Below, piece by piece: positions 9,603 through 20,800 of a stretch of 64,000 nt of DNA. The notes below the pieces were generated by a model that did no database searches, was not told the origin of the DNA, and worked only from the letters and a program-made list of their open reading frames with translations. Origin of the DNA: Candidatus Latescibacterota bacterium (GTDB lineage: Bacteria; Latescibacterota; UBA2968; GCA-2709665); contig OZ242180.1 in assembly GCA_965205485.1 (NCBI GenBank), positions 416,001 to 480,000 of the forward strand. The letters run 5' to 3'. The position numbers were made by a program, and so were the translations under genes. Numbering within the stretch: the first letter of the stretch is position 1; the number at the start of each line of letters is the position of its first letter.

Positions 9603-12600
9603 ATGCGTTCAATTCGAAAAAACCACAGTATACTGTTCATCCTTGGCGTTCTGCTCGCGCTGGCCGACGCGTCATTTGCCCAGAATCGCGGTTCGCTGAT
9701 TACGATTGCAGGCGGCGGCGACCGGGAAGGCGAGAATATCCCCGCGACCGACCTTGCCCTGAGCGTCCCCCTCGGCGCCGCTACCAGCGCCGACGGCCAC
9801 GTCTATATCGCCGATACCGGCACGCACCGCATCCGCAGGGTGGATGCGGTCACCGGGCAGGTCACGACCATAGCCGGAACCGGAGAGGCCGGATTCGCGG
9901 GCGACGGAGGACCCGCCGCCGAAGCGCAACTGGACAGACCCCAGGGCATCGCGGTCGATGAGGCCGGCAACGTATATATCGGCGATACGGGCAACCGGCG
10001 CGTCCGGCGCATCGACGCCGCAACGGGGATCATCACCACCGTCGCGGGAAGCGGCGAGTTCGGTTTCGACGGCGACGGAGGTCCGGCTGTCTCCGCCGTA
10101 CTCGGCGAAATCGTCGCTCTGACTATAGGCCCTCGCGGCGGACTCTATATCGCTGACGGGCTGGACGGACAGGCGCGGGGCAACAACCGGGTGCGGAGGA
10201 TCGACCTCGATACCGGCGTGATCACCACCCTTGCAGGCGACGGCGATTTCTCATTCGGCGGCGACGACGGCCCGGCGGTTGAAGCCGGACTGACGGTAGA
10301 AGACGTCGCAGTCGACGCGTCGGGAAATATCTTCATCGCGGACTTCAACAATTATCGCATCAGGCGTATAGACGGTGAGACAGGCATAATCAGCACTGTG
10401 GCAGGCCGCGGTCCCGTATTCGGAGGCGGCGGCGCATTCTCAGGCGACGGCGGACCGGCCACCGAGGCACGGCTCGATCTGCCCGGCGGCGTGGCCGTCG
10501 GCGTGGACGGAACCCTCTATATATCGGATACCGGCAACAACCGCGTCCGCGCCGTGGATTCCGGTACCGGGAATATCTACACCCTGGCGGGCACAGGCAA
10601 TTTCGGATCCGCCGGTGACGGCGGGCCGGCGCCGCTCGCCGAACTCCGAGAGCCCTCTCGCGTGGTCCTGGACCCTGACGACAACCTGATCGTCGTGGAT
10701 ACCGGCAACAGCCGCATCCGAAAACTTCTCGACCCTGCTTTCCAGTCGCCCGTTCTCAGTCTGACCGCCGCCCGTGTCGACTTCGGAGCGGTCGTTGTGG
10801 AAGACCAGACGACGCGCACGTTTGCGATCGGAAACGTGGGGAGGCGCACCCTCACGCTGTCCAGCGCTTCGACCGACCGGCGGGAGTTCGTCCTTCTGAA
10901 CGCATTCCCGGTCGAAATCGATCCGTCCGGGGAGACTGAAATTCAGATTCGGTTCAGCCCCCTGGACGAAGGTGTCGTGCAGGGAACGCTCACCATCAAT
11001 ACCGACGATCCATGGCGTCCCGAAGTCACCGTCCCTCTCTCGGGAACGGGCGCGGCGCCGGACATCGGAGTTTTCCCCGAAAGCATCGAATTCGATCGTA
11101 CGTACGTGGGCCGTGAGCAGTCAATCGTCCTGCGGGTCGCAAACCTCGGCGCAGGCGTACTGACGGTCTTCCGCGCCGAACTGACAGACCCGGTACAATT
11201 CTCCGTCAGCCTGGACGATACCCTGCGCATCCCGTCGAGCCTTAGACAGAGCCTGGACGTCGTGTTCCGACCTGTCAACACAGGCACGCAGCGAGCGGAA
11301 CTCACGCTGTACAGCAACGATCCCAACGACCCGGAGCTGGTCATACCCCTCCGCGGCTTCGGAAGGGAATCCCGGCCGGGCGGTTTCCTCGACGCGGCGG
11401 CAGGCCTGAGGATGGCCGATAGCGGCGCCGGCTTCGGCGCCGCCTGGGCGGATTACGACGGGGACGGAGACCCCGACCTGTACGTGGTGCGCAGCCTGCA
11501 GTCCAACCTGCTCTACCGGAACGACGGGGACGGCTTTACGGAGGTGGGCTCCGTGGTTGGCGTGGCGGACGACGGCGACGGCAGCGCGGCCGCCTGGGCG
11601 GACATCGACGGAGACGGCGATCTGGACCTGTACGTCACGAACTTCGGACAGCCCAACCGGCTCTACCGCAACGATGGCAACCGATTCTCCGAAATCGCCG
11701 CGCAGGCCGGCGTGGACGACGGAGGAGACGGGTACGGCGCCGCCTGGGCGGACGTGGAGGGAGACGGCGACCCCGACCTGTACGTGGCCAACTTCGGCGA
11801 TAACCGGTTCTACCGGAATGAACGCGGCCGCTTTGTCGAAGCCGCCGCGGATGCCGGTCTGGACGACGACAACAGCAGCCTGCAGCCGGCGTGGGCGGAC
11901 TACGACGGGGACGGCGACCCGGATCTCTTTCTTGCGAACAGCGGGCCGAATCGACTCTTCAGAAACGACGGCGGCAGCTTTGCGGACGCTTCGTCGGACG
12001 CGGGCCTGGAGGAACTCGGACTGGGCGGAGCGAGCTTCGGAGCGGCCTGGGGCGATTTCGATAACGACAGGGACCTGGATCTGTACGTGACCTATTTCGG
12101 CGAAGGCAACCGCCTTTATGTCAACATCAACGGCCGGTTCGAGGAGTCCAGCAGCAGATTCGACGTGGCGGGACCGGACACCGTGGACAGCAGGGGCGCG
12201 GTCTGGGGTGATTTCGACAGTGACGGCGATCTGGACCTCTTCGTCTCCAATGCCGGAGTGAAGAACAATCTCTACCGAAACGAAGGCGGTACCTTCACCG
12301 ACATGGCTGACTCCTTCCGCGTGGCGGGCGGCGCCAACAGCCGCGGCGTGGCCCTGGCGGACTTCAACGGCGACGGCGGGCTGGACATCTTCGTGGTCGT
12401 TCAGGACGACGCCGACCATCTGTACCAGAACCGGGAATTCAATGGAAACTGGCTGGCCATTCGTCCGCGCGCCACAAGGAGCAGTCCGGATGCCATCGGC
12501 ACGCGATTTGAAATCGCATTCGACGGCACGGCCGCGACCCGGGAGATCACGGGCGGCGCGTCCTATCTTTCCCAGGACGCCCTGACCGCGGTCTTCGGCC

Positions 12601-14321
12601 TGGGAGACGCCAGCCAGGTCGATACCCTGACCGTTCGATGGCCGTCGGGCATCGCGCAGCGCCTCAGGAACATCGCCGTAAACACCGTCCTTGAAGTCAC
12701 AGAAACGGCCCCGGCCCCGCCCGTACGCGTCGCGCTGGATGCCGCTGTGCCCGTTCTGGCGGCCAACGGCGAGGCGCGGACCCGAATCCGCGCCCGCGTC
12801 CTGGACGCCAGGGACGAAGTCGCGCTCATCGGCAACCGCCGCCTGATCTTCAGCGTCTCATCCGGCGACGGCGCGTTCGTGGGGAGCGATACGGCGGCGG
12901 TGCGGGACGGGCTGGCATCCATCCTCTTTCAGGCCGGTATTACACCTGGCGACGTATCGGCAACCGCGCGGTTCCAGGGCCTTCCCCCCGCGCAGGTTAC
13001 GATCCGCCTGCTGCCGCCCATCGGGCCGGACCACACGTCCATGCTCACGCTCGCCGGAATCGGCGGGAGTCAGAGCAGCTTCGGGGGTGACGGCGGCAAC
13101 GCCGACCAGGCTTTCCTGAACACCCCGAGGGGCGTCGCGGTCGCGGCAGACGGCGTCCTCTACATCGCCGACTCGGGCAACAATCGTGTGCGACGGGTCA
13201 ACGCGGATGGCTCGATCAACACGATCGCCGGAGATGGAATCGGAATCTCCATCGGAACGGGGGGGCCGGCGACAGAAGCCAGTCTCGGCGATCCCCGGGG
13301 CCTCGCGCTCACTCCGGAAGGCGATCTGATCGTTGGCGAAGTGAGCGGTCATATCGTGCGCCGGATCGACCTTTCGAGCGAGAACATCCTCGCCTTCGCA
13401 GGCAGGGACATCCCCGGTTACGGCGGCGACGGACGCGCGGCGGCGGATGCGAATCTGTCGGGCCCCGTGGGGGTTGCGGCGGACGCTCTGGGAAACATCT
13501 GGATTGCGGAACGCTTCAACCACAGGGTCCGCAAGGTGGACGCCAGCGGCATCATCTCCACTGCTGCCGGCAGCTTCCAGGAGGGTCACGCAGGGGACGG
13601 AGAACCCGCGACGATGGCTGCGCTGAACGGACCTGAAGGTGTTGCCGTAGATAGTCGCGGCCGCCTGTACATCGCCGATACGGGAAACCATCGCATCCGC
13701 ATGGTGGATACCGAGGGCATCATCTCCACGGTGGCCGGCACCGGAGACGCCGGCTTTTCCGGCGACGGCGGACCCGGCAAAACGGCCCTGCTGAACGGCC
13801 CTGTCGATGTGGCGGTGGACGACAACGGATACGTTTATATCGCGGACACCGGCAACCATCGGATACGGGTCCTGGACTTGAACCTTGGCATCATACAGAC
13901 CGTTGCCGGGACGGGATTTCCGGGATTCAACCAGGCCGAAGGCGCCGGTACCGAGACGACGCTGAATTCGCCGTCGGGCCTCGCCACCGATCCCGAGGGC
14001 AGGGTCTACGTTGCCGATACGAACAACAACAGCATCCTTCAACTCACCGTAGACTTCCCCCCGGAATACCACCGCGAGGCCCCGCCCGTCCCGCCTCCGC
14101 CGCCACCTCCGCCTCCCGTGGATGGTCGGGCCGATTTCAATGGCGACGGCGCGGTTGACTTTGCTGACTTCATCCTCTTCGCGCGGGCATACGGTTCCAG
14201 CGATATGCGTTATGACCTCGACGGCGACGGAACGGTCGGGTTCGGAGATTTTATCGCCTTCACCAACGCCTTCGAACAGACCCCGCCTACAGTGCGATTC
14301 CGGCCGGGAAGCCGTTTCTGA
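9603..14321 (+). CDS. Large secreted NHL / Ig / FG-GAP-ASPIC / invasin-like / NHL / dockerin-like protein
   Basis: Signal peptide; YIADTGNHRIR NHL repeats in two blocks; AWADYDGDGDPDLYV FG-GAP repeats; ASPIC-UnbV (FGLG..VRWPSG); Pro linker; C-terminal paired DFNGDG/DLDGDG motifs. Confidence 0.85.
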   Translation: MRSIRKNHSILFILGVLLALADASFAQNRGSLITIAGGGDREGENIPATDLALSVPLGAATSADGHVYIADTGTHRIRRVDAVTGQVTTIAGTGEAGFAGDGGPAAEAQLDRPQGIAVDEAGNVYIGDTGNRRVRRIDAATGIITTVAGSGEFGFDGDGGPAVSAVLGEIVALTIGPRGGLYIADGLDGQARGNNRVRRIDLDTGVITTLAGDGDFSFGGDDGPAVEAGLTVEDVAVDASGNIFIADFNNYRIRRIDGETGIISTVAGRGPVFGGGGAFSGDGGPATEARLDLPGGVAVGVDGTLYISDTGNNRVRAVDSGTGNIYTLAGTGNFGSAGDGGPAPLAELREPSRVVLDPDDNLIVVDTGNSRIRKLLDPAFQSPVLSLTAARVDFGAVVVEDQTTRTFAIGNVGRRTLTLSSASTDRREFVLLNAFPVEIDPSGETEIQIRFSPLDEGVVQGTLTINTDDPWRPEVTVPLSGTGAAPDIGVFPESIEFDRTYVGREQSIVLRVANLGAGVLTVFRAELTDPVQFSVSLDDTLRIPSSLRQSLDVVFRPVNTGTQRAELTLYSNDPNDPELVIPLRGFGRESRPGGFLDAAAGLRMADSGAGFGAAWADYDGDGDPDLYVVRSLQSNLLYRNDGDGFTEVGSVVGVADDGDGSAAAWADIDGDGDLDLYVTNFGQPNRLYRNDGNRFSEIAAQAGVDDGGDGYGAAWADVEGDGDPDLYVANFGDNRFYRNERGRFVEAAADAGLDDDNSSLQPAWADYDGDGDPDLFLANSGPNRLFRNDGGSFADASSDAGLEELGLGGASFGAAWGDFDNDRDLDLYVTYFGEGNRLYVNINGRFEESSSRFDVAGPDTVDSRGAVWGDFDSDGDLDLFVSNAGVKNNLYRNEGGTFTDMADSFRVAGGANSRGVALADFNGDGGLDIFVVVQDDADHLYQNREFNGNWLAIRPRATRSSPDAIGTRFEIAFDGTAATREITGGASYLSQDALTAVFGLGDASQVDTLTVRWPSGIAQRLRNIAVNTVLEVTETAPAPPVRVALDAAVPVLAANGEARTRIRARVLDARDEVALIGNRRLIFSVSSGDGAFVGSDTAAVRDGLASILFQAGITPGDVSATARFQGLPPAQVTIRLLPPIGPDHTSMLTLAGIGGSQSSFGGDGGNADQAFLNTPRGVAVAADGVLYIADSGNNRVRRVNADGSINTIAGDGIGISIGTGGPATEASLGDPRGLALTPEGDLIVGEVSGHIVRRIDLSSENILAFAGRDIPGYGGDGRAAADANLSGPVGVAADALGNIWIAERFNHRVRKVDASGIISTAAGSFQEGHAGDGEPATMAALNGPEGVAVDSRGRLYIADTGNHRIRMVDTEGIISTVAGTGDAGFSGDGGPGKTALLNGPVDVAVDDNGYVYIADTGNHRIRVLDLNLGIIQTVAGTGFPGFNQAEGAGTETTLNSPSGLATDPEGRVYVADTNNNSILQLTVDFPPEYHREAPPVPPPPPPPPPVDGRADFNGDGAVDFADFILFARAYGSSDMRYDLDGDGTVGFGDFIAFTNAFEQTPPTVRFRPGSRF

Positions 14322-14323
14322 CG

Positions 14324-14959
14324 ATGCAACGGGCGCTCATCCTGCCGGCCGACGATCCGGGAATCGTCCGGACTGCCGATTGTATCCGTTCCGGTGGCGT
14401 GGTTGTCTATCCTACCGAAACCGTGTACGGCCTGGGCGCCGATCCGTTCAATCCCGTCGCTTTCGAACGCATCTTCAGCCTCAAGGGCCGGGAATCGGAA
14501 AAGGGCCTGATCCTGCTCATCCGCGGCAGTCAGGACCTGGACGCGCTCGTCGCGGACATTCCACGGGCTGCTGAATTCCTGATGGACGCATTCTGGCCCG
14601 GTCCGCTCACCCTCGTGTTTCCCGCATCGCCCAGCCTGCCGGATCACCTGCTCGGGTTCACGTCCACAATTGCCCTCCGCGTGTCCGATGCGCACGTCGC
14701 CAGCTCATTACTGCAGCATGCCGGCGGCCCAATAACCAGCACCAGCGCCAACCATTCGGGTCTTTCCCCCGCCCGAAGCGCGCAAGAAGCCGCCAACGCC
14801 CTTGGCGGCGACGTCGATCTGATCCTGGACGGCGGTTCGGCGCCCGATTCTCGTCCCTCCACCCTCGTCGACGTCTCCCTGCCGCATCCACGAATCCTCC
14901 GACCCGGCCGCATCGCGGAATCGAAAATCAACCGGGTACTGACTCTGGAATCAGATTGA
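14324..14959 (+). CDS. tsaC: L-threonylcarbamoyladenylate synthase (Sua5/YrdC)
   Basis: PTETVYGL, KGR, FWPGPLTLV, STSANHSG, PSTLVD. Confidence 0.93.
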   Translation: MQRALILPADDPGIVRTADCIRSGGVVVYPTETVYGLGADPFNPVAFERIFSLKGRESEKGLILLIRGSQDLDALVADIPRAAEFLMDAFWPGPLTLVFPASPSLPDHLLGFTSTIALRVSDAHVASSLLQHAGGPITSTSANHSGLSPARSAQEAANALGGDVDLILDGGSAPDSRPSTLVDVSLPHPRILRPGRIAESKINRVLTLESD

Positions 14960-15168
14960 CGCAGGCAAGTTGTGAGCGTATTCTTTGATCGCGGCATGAA
15001 AGGAAGAATATCACTGCTGTCCAAGATAGTTTGAAAAAGACGATCTTGGATACGTAAGTACCTGGTTTTCTTGAAAGTCGTTTCGAAGTACCAATGCAGG
15101 TCCCCGTCTTTTGGCCACGGCTGTCCAGGACAGAAACCGATTTGTGACCGGTGCGGTTGGCGTTCCCG

Positions 15169-15316
15169 GGAGCGAGGGCATCCTGCCCTCGACATCGGAT
15201 AACTCGTCGCACACGGTGTCTTCCGTGAACCGGTGTCGGATTGAATGGACCCGTCAGTCTCTCGACGCGAATGGGGGTCGGTGACGCGAAGTTCGAGGGC
15301 AGGATGCCCTCGCTCC
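15169..15316. repeat. REP doublet (24-bp perfect inverted repeat)
   Basis: GGAGCGAGGGCATCCTGCCCTCGA (15169-15192) and its exact reverse complement (15293-15316). Confidence 0.75.
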
Positions 15317-15381
15317 GGTTGCAGGTGGTTCATGTCGTGACAGTGGTTGGAAAAGACGATTTTGGACAGGTGCGGAAGAAT

Positions 15382-15582
15382 ATGAAACTGAACGTCGACA
15401 AGGAAGCCGACGCCCTTTATCTGCGTCTCGACGATTCTCAAATAGTCGAATCCGAGGAGGTTTCCCCGGGAGTTGTACTCGACTACAACGCATCGAATGA
15501 AGTCGTGGGCGTGGAGCTGCTCCATCTATCAAAGCGCTCATCCAAGCTGAATCTTTCCGCATTGCAGTTCGAGACGGTCTGA
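15382..15582 (+). CDS. DUF2283 domain protein (putative antitoxin)
   Basis: MKLNVDKEADALYLRL...ESEEVSPGVVLDY...VVGVELL. Confidence 0.85.
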   Translation: MKLNVDKEADALYLRLDDSQIVESEEVSPGVVLDYNASNEVVGVELLHLSKRSSKLNLSALQFETV

Positions 15583-15806
15583 TCGCGTCAGCGTGTCGGA
15601 GCAATTGCCCAGGCGATTCCCACGCCCGCAAATCGGTCGAGTGATATCACGCTTCCAGCCCGTCGGCAAATCCCTGACAGTTTCCCTGCCTCAATCCTGC
15701 CTCCCTGACGCACCATTGCCGGTCTGGTCGTGTCACGGGGACCCCGGCATCCCGTCCTGATACAGGCGTCCCGATCTATTCCTGACGTAGAGGAAGCCGG
15801 TTTGAG

Positions 15807-15834
15807 GGTGGGGCGGACATTCCTGTCTGCCCAC
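15807..15834 (+). repeat. REP-like element GGTGGGGCGGACATTCCTGTCTGCCCAC
   Basis: Identical 28-bp copy in inverted orientation at 21805-21832. Confidence 0.75.
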
Positions 15835-15972
15835 ATTGATGCCGTCGCTGTCTCGGCTTGCACGTGGCGAAACCTGGGAGACGGCACGTCGGCTGGCTTT
15901 CCGTTGGGCTCAGATTGACTGGTCGGCCGACCAACGCAAGCCGAATGGCAACTTTCTTCCGAAGGACTTACG

Positions 15973-17721
15973 ATGCGATTCTCACCGCGAAAAATGGTGC
16001 AGCGCCCCCTGCGTGAGAGCACGGGCAACAGGGCCCTGCTGGTACTGGTGGACAGCAGGGGCAGCTATACGGACACGAGCATCGTGGATCAAACCGTACT
16101 CGTCGCGTTGCAGCATTTCGGATTTCCATTCAGGATCCACGATCTTGCCGCGGGGCCCTTGACTGCCGACCTGCTTGACGGTTGCGCGGCGGTCGTTATC
16201 GCACAGTCGCGCCTGGGAAATACCCTTTCGTTCGAGGAAACCGAACTGCTGGCCTCGGGCGTGGAGGAAGCCGGGATGGGCCTGGTCAATTTCGACGGTG
16301 AGCTGCGGCTGTACAAACCGCCGCTGCTTCGGCTGTTGGGTCTGGAGGTCGACCGGATTCCCATGGCATCGGACCTGCTGCGCATTGGGGGCGACGACCA
16401 CTTCATCAACTGGACGCAGCAGGCGGGCAGAATGGTCCGGCTGAAGCGACCGGTGACCGTTGCGCAGATCAAGCGCATGGGTCGGCACGTCGTGGAACTG
16501 GCGCAGGCCGCGATGGGCAAGGAACAGCTCATCTTCTCACGCCACAACGTCCCGGGCACGGCCTACGAGCCGGACCAGTATCCTGTCGTCCTCGCCGGGG
16601 TCTGCGGCATCGGCCGGGCGGTGCAGTTCGCCTGTTCGCCCCGGATCTGGCACCAGGAGTTTCTGGGCCACGCGATGGGGCTGGACGCCTTCTTCTGGCG
16701 CGCCATCGTCTGGGCCGCGCGCAAGCCGTTCATCGCGCAGATGATGCCGCCCTATGTGACCATCCGTGTGGACGACGGCAGGGGACGCCATGATTTCCGC
16801 TATACGGAGGTGATGAACCGGCACGGTTACCGCCCGATGATCTCCTGCTTCCTGGACCTCGTACCCGGCGAAGTCGTACCGTTCATGCGCGAGCGTTACA
16901 AGGCGAGACAGGTGGACTGGGACGCGCATGCATTCGACTATTACAAGCTGATTCCATTCGAATTCGGCATCGGGGAGTACAGCGAGGCGGAGTTGAAGGA
17001 AATCTTCGAACGGGTGGACCGATGGTACGACGAACGGGGCATGAAGCCGCCGCGCCGGGCCGCGTTTCACTGGGGCGAGGTGGGCGTGCGCGTTCTGCCC
17101 TATCTGAAGGCCCGGGGGCGGACGTTTGTCTATTCGACCTACCACCTGGGACAGGTGAAGTGGGAGCGGCTGTTCCCCAACTGGTGGCCGTACGGTCTCA
17201 ACAGCCTGTTCTACGACTATATCCCCGAGGACCCGGAGATGTACAACATCGGCGCCATGCTCCCCCGCCACCTCGTGGAGCCCGACGTACTGACGGGCTG
17301 TACGACCTGGGCCGGGGACAATCCGACCAACGATATGGATAAGGCCGCGGATCGGGCGGCCGGCTCGGTCCGCCTGGCGCTGGACAGCGGGTTCTTCTCG
17401 GAGATCACGACGCACGAGCAGAAGTTCGGCGTGCTGTCGCTGGAAGAGATCGACCGATGGCTGTCGCTGGTGGCGCAGCGGACGGAGCGATTCGATATCC
17501 GGGGCGTGAGCCACGACGAAGCCGCGGAGTATACCCGCTCCCGTGACGAGTCGTGGATCGGATCCGCGTCCACGCCCGACGGCAAGTCAGCGTACCTCGC
17601 CCTGGATGGCAAGGCGAGCGTCGACCAGAAACTGGCCGTTTTCGAAAACGACGGAGACGGCGTGGTCCAGAGGTGGGAGTTGGTCGCCGGGTTTGAGGGG
17701 GAGGTCCGGGTCGATCTGTGA
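15973..17721 (+). CDS. Hypothetical protein, probable polysaccharide-deacetylase-like (NodB-type barrel) with N-terminal alpha/beta domain
   Basis: 582-aa ORF with host-like codon usage; IRVDD and DAHAF motifs. Confidence 0.6.
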   Translation: MRFSPRKMVQRPLRESTGNRALLVLVDSRGSYTDTSIVDQTVLVALQHFGFPFRIHDLAAGPLTADLLDGCAAVVIAQSRLGNTLSFEETELLASGVEEAGMGLVNFDGELRLYKPPLLRLLGLEVDRIPMASDLLRIGGDDHFINWTQQAGRMVRLKRPVTVAQIKRMGRHVVELAQAAMGKEQLIFSRHNVPGTAYEPDQYPVVLAGVCGIGRAVQFACSPRIWHQEFLGHAMGLDAFFWRAIVWAARKPFIAQMMPPYVTIRVDDGRGRHDFRYTEVMNRHGYRPMISCFLDLVPGEVVPFMRERYKARQVDWDAHAFDYYKLIPFEFGIGEYSEAELKEIFERVDRWYDERGMKPPRRAAFHWGEVGVRVLPYLKARGRTFVYSTYHLGQVKWERLFPNWWPYGLNSLFYDYIPEDPEMYNIGAMLPRHLVEPDVLTGCTTWAGDNPTNDMDKAADRAAGSVRLALDSGFFSEITTHEQKFGVLSLEEIDRWLSLVAQRTERFDIRGVSHDEAAEYTRSRDESWIGSASTPDGKSAYLALDGKASVDQKLAVFENDGDGVVQRWELVAGFEGEVRVDL

Positions 17722-17805
17722 CCGTCAGGGCCGGAGTCCGGTCTTCCGGATCGAGGACGGCCTGCTGAGGAGGAACGGCAACGCAGGATCGCGAATGCGC
17801 CGGAG

Positions 17806-20800
17806 TTATTCCGAATTGCCTGTGATCAGGATACGAATGACGATGTTTGCACGGCCCCCCTTCCCGTCGCCGGACCGCACGATCACGGTATATCCGCGTT
17901 TCCTGTTGAAGTCATACGTGCCCTTCGTCAACAACTGCCCGGAGCCGGGGTCAATTTCGAAGTACTCCGCATCGGTGCCCCACAGGCTGTACGTGAGCAC
18001 GTCACCGTCCGTATCGCTCGCAGTGATCGGATCCCCGATCGGTTCTCCCGGTGGCGTGCCGCCGGCCACGGCAAGCGTTGCGGGCTGCACGGGCGCAAAC
18101 GCGGGCATGCGGTTCACGCGTTCTCCGAAGCGCCGGGCGAATGCGACGAAATCGCCAAACGTGATCCGGCCGTCACTGTCCAGGTCAAACCTGGCATCAT
18201 GCCCCTCATCGCCCTCTGCGGATCCAAACGCGCCGGAGAACAGCACAAAGTCGGCGAAGTCCACCACCCCGCTCCCGTCGAAATCAGGCGATAGCGGCGC
18301 GGGAGCATGAAGCAATACGCTCACCGTTCGCGTCATCGCCTCCGGATGCTCCCCGCGCACCAGGTCCGCTCCCGCCAACCGGACCTCCGTCTCCCTAAAC
18401 CCCTCCGTCGTCCTGAAGCGCACTGTTCCCACCTGCCCGCTGTCGACCGCGGCCCCGCCGCTCAGCGACGAAACGCCGATCTGCACGAACGTCGAGTCCT
18501 TCGCCACCAGCGCCGTCACGCCCGGCAACGCATCGCCCGCGTCGAAGCCCTCATACACAACCTGCGTCGTGTCATAGCCCACCCGGAAATCCACACCGCG
18601 CGTTCCCCGGATATCCGCGCCGAATATCTGTATGGAGACGACTCGACCTGATTCGACGCGCATCGTCCGGAGGTCCTGGTCTTTCTCCGACGCATCCAGG
18701 TCCAGCGAGAGGGAGAACAGGTCATACAGGACCAGGACCTCCGTCCGTACCAGCCCCAGGGTCAACCAGTCGCCGTCACCCGATGCGCTGTTCGACCGCA
18801 CCTGCACCTCGTATTCCGTGTCGGGGTCCAGACCCTCGATGATCGCGCTCGTGTCCGTCACGTCCTGGGGCCCGTCCTTCCATACGCCTTCGCTGCCTTC
18901 ACGATACCGCACGTCGTAGCCCGTAACGGGTTCCCCATCATCATTGGTCGGCGCCGCCCAGCCGATGGTCACGCTGCCCGGCGACGTCTGTGTCACCGCG
19001 GGTTCCACCGGCGGTGGCGGCGGCGCGAGCGTACTCACCGGCTTCAGGGACGTCCACGCGCTGTGCTCCGAGTTGCCGCTGGACCGCACCTGCACCTCGT
19101 ATTCCGTGTCCGCGTCCAGACCCTCTATGGTCGTGCTGGTTCCCCTCACGTCCTGGGGGCCGTCCTGCCATTCCCCCTCGCTGACTTTACGGTACCGCAC
19201 GTCGTAGTTCCTGATCAGAGGACCGTCGCCGGTCGGCGCCTTCCATTGTAACGCCACGCTCGTTGTCGACACTCCAGTCGCCGTCGGCGACACCGGAGGC
19301 AGGGGCGGTGTTGGCGGCGGTGGCGGGGTCGGAGGAGGTGGTGGGGGAGGAGGAGGTGGTGGTGGAGGTGGCGGAGGAGGTGGTGGGGGAGGTGGCGGCG
19401 GCAGTTGCTCGTTAGCGTCCTCGCCGAAGACCCAGGGACGGGCCTGCTTGATCGCCAGGATATTCTCACTGGTGATCTTGAACTCGATCTCCATCGCGAA
19501 GGGCTCGCCGGATGCGGGGTTGTACAACCCCTCGAAGTGGTCGTGGATCACGTAGAGGTGATCGCGCAGCTGACGCATCTGGTCTCGGCTCATCAACAGT
19601 TCCCCGCGCTCTACCAGGTTCGAGAGTGCTCGGATGATGAGTCCATCTCCCGGCAGGAGGACGATCTCCTCGGGTACGGAGTGCGCCTCGGGATTGGTGA
19701 CCAGGTCCTCGCCGAGTTGCGAGTTGACGTAGTGTCGGCCCACAATGGAAGTGACGGGGTCGAAGCTGACCGCCACCCCGTTTACCCGCTCATCGGAGAA
19801 GTTGGGATGGACCAACACGCCCATCGCGGCCGCGAGGTGGTCGACGCGGTGAAACTCCCGCTCCGAAAACGCCCGGAAGGTCCAAAGGCCGGCGAGCACC
19901 TGCTTGAACGACTTGTCAATCCCGTCCTCCGTGGTCTCCTCCGGGTGCTGCGTCTTGGAGTCGTACAGCCCGGCGCCGTTGAACCCGGGAAGGTCCTCGT
20001 TGTTGGTGCTCGACCGGTACCGCAGCGACGTCTCCGCAGGGAAGGTTGCGTGCATGGCGGTGAGGGCGTCGACCATCCACTGGGGCGTCTCGGCGTCCTT
20101 GATGGCATCACGCAGGTCGTCGAGCATCTCGTCCTGGATATCCAGATCGGTCCGGAACTTCGGGTGGGCCAGAATCGCCTCGACGGCCTCGACGAGCATC
20201 GTGTCGGCCGCCAGTGTGAGTTTCTCGTCAGCGGGCGCGCTCCCCATGCCAAAAACGGTCTCCTCTCCCAACGTTTGTTTCATGAACTCGTCATAGAAGT
20301 AGAAGGGTATGGCGAAGCCGTCGCGTACGGTGCCCTCCGGGAATCCGAGCGTCCGCAGGACCGCCAGATTGGCCGCCTTGACGCCGAAGGCCTTCCAGTC
20401 GTCGAAGCCGATCTGGTCGAGGGGCGTGATCTCCGTAATCGAGAGATCGCGCTGCGGCGTCTGGGTCTCGGCCGGGCGGGACGACTCGTAATGGGCCTCG
20501 ACTTCCTGAAGGGTTGCCGCCCGCAGCTCCCATTGGCGCTCCGTCACTTCGTACCTGACGTAGCTCCCCTCGAGGGAAATGACGTCGGCGTGGTCGAGGG
20601 CGTCCTTCACGTAGGCGTTGGGTATGCCGTCCTGCACCGCGCGCAGGTTTACGTGCGAGAGCGGCGTCTGGGGCGCGGCGGTAAGGATGCCGGCCACGCG
20701 GGGCAGCTCGTTGGGCAGCGTCTCGGAGACGATGATCTCGCGAGGATGGGGGCGTTCGTCCGCCTCCAGGATCCTCAGCCGCCCGTAACCCGTTCCGGTG

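Noticed and set aside
11440..12420. Regularly spaced DNA repeats resembling a CRISPR array
   Set aside because: They are in-frame FG-GAP coding repeats with degenerate third positions; no cas genes
18780..19210. Near-identical repeat pair as a DGR template/variable region
   Set aside because: Both copies are in-frame FN3 domains, differences do not look adenine-specific, and no reverse transcriptase is in the window
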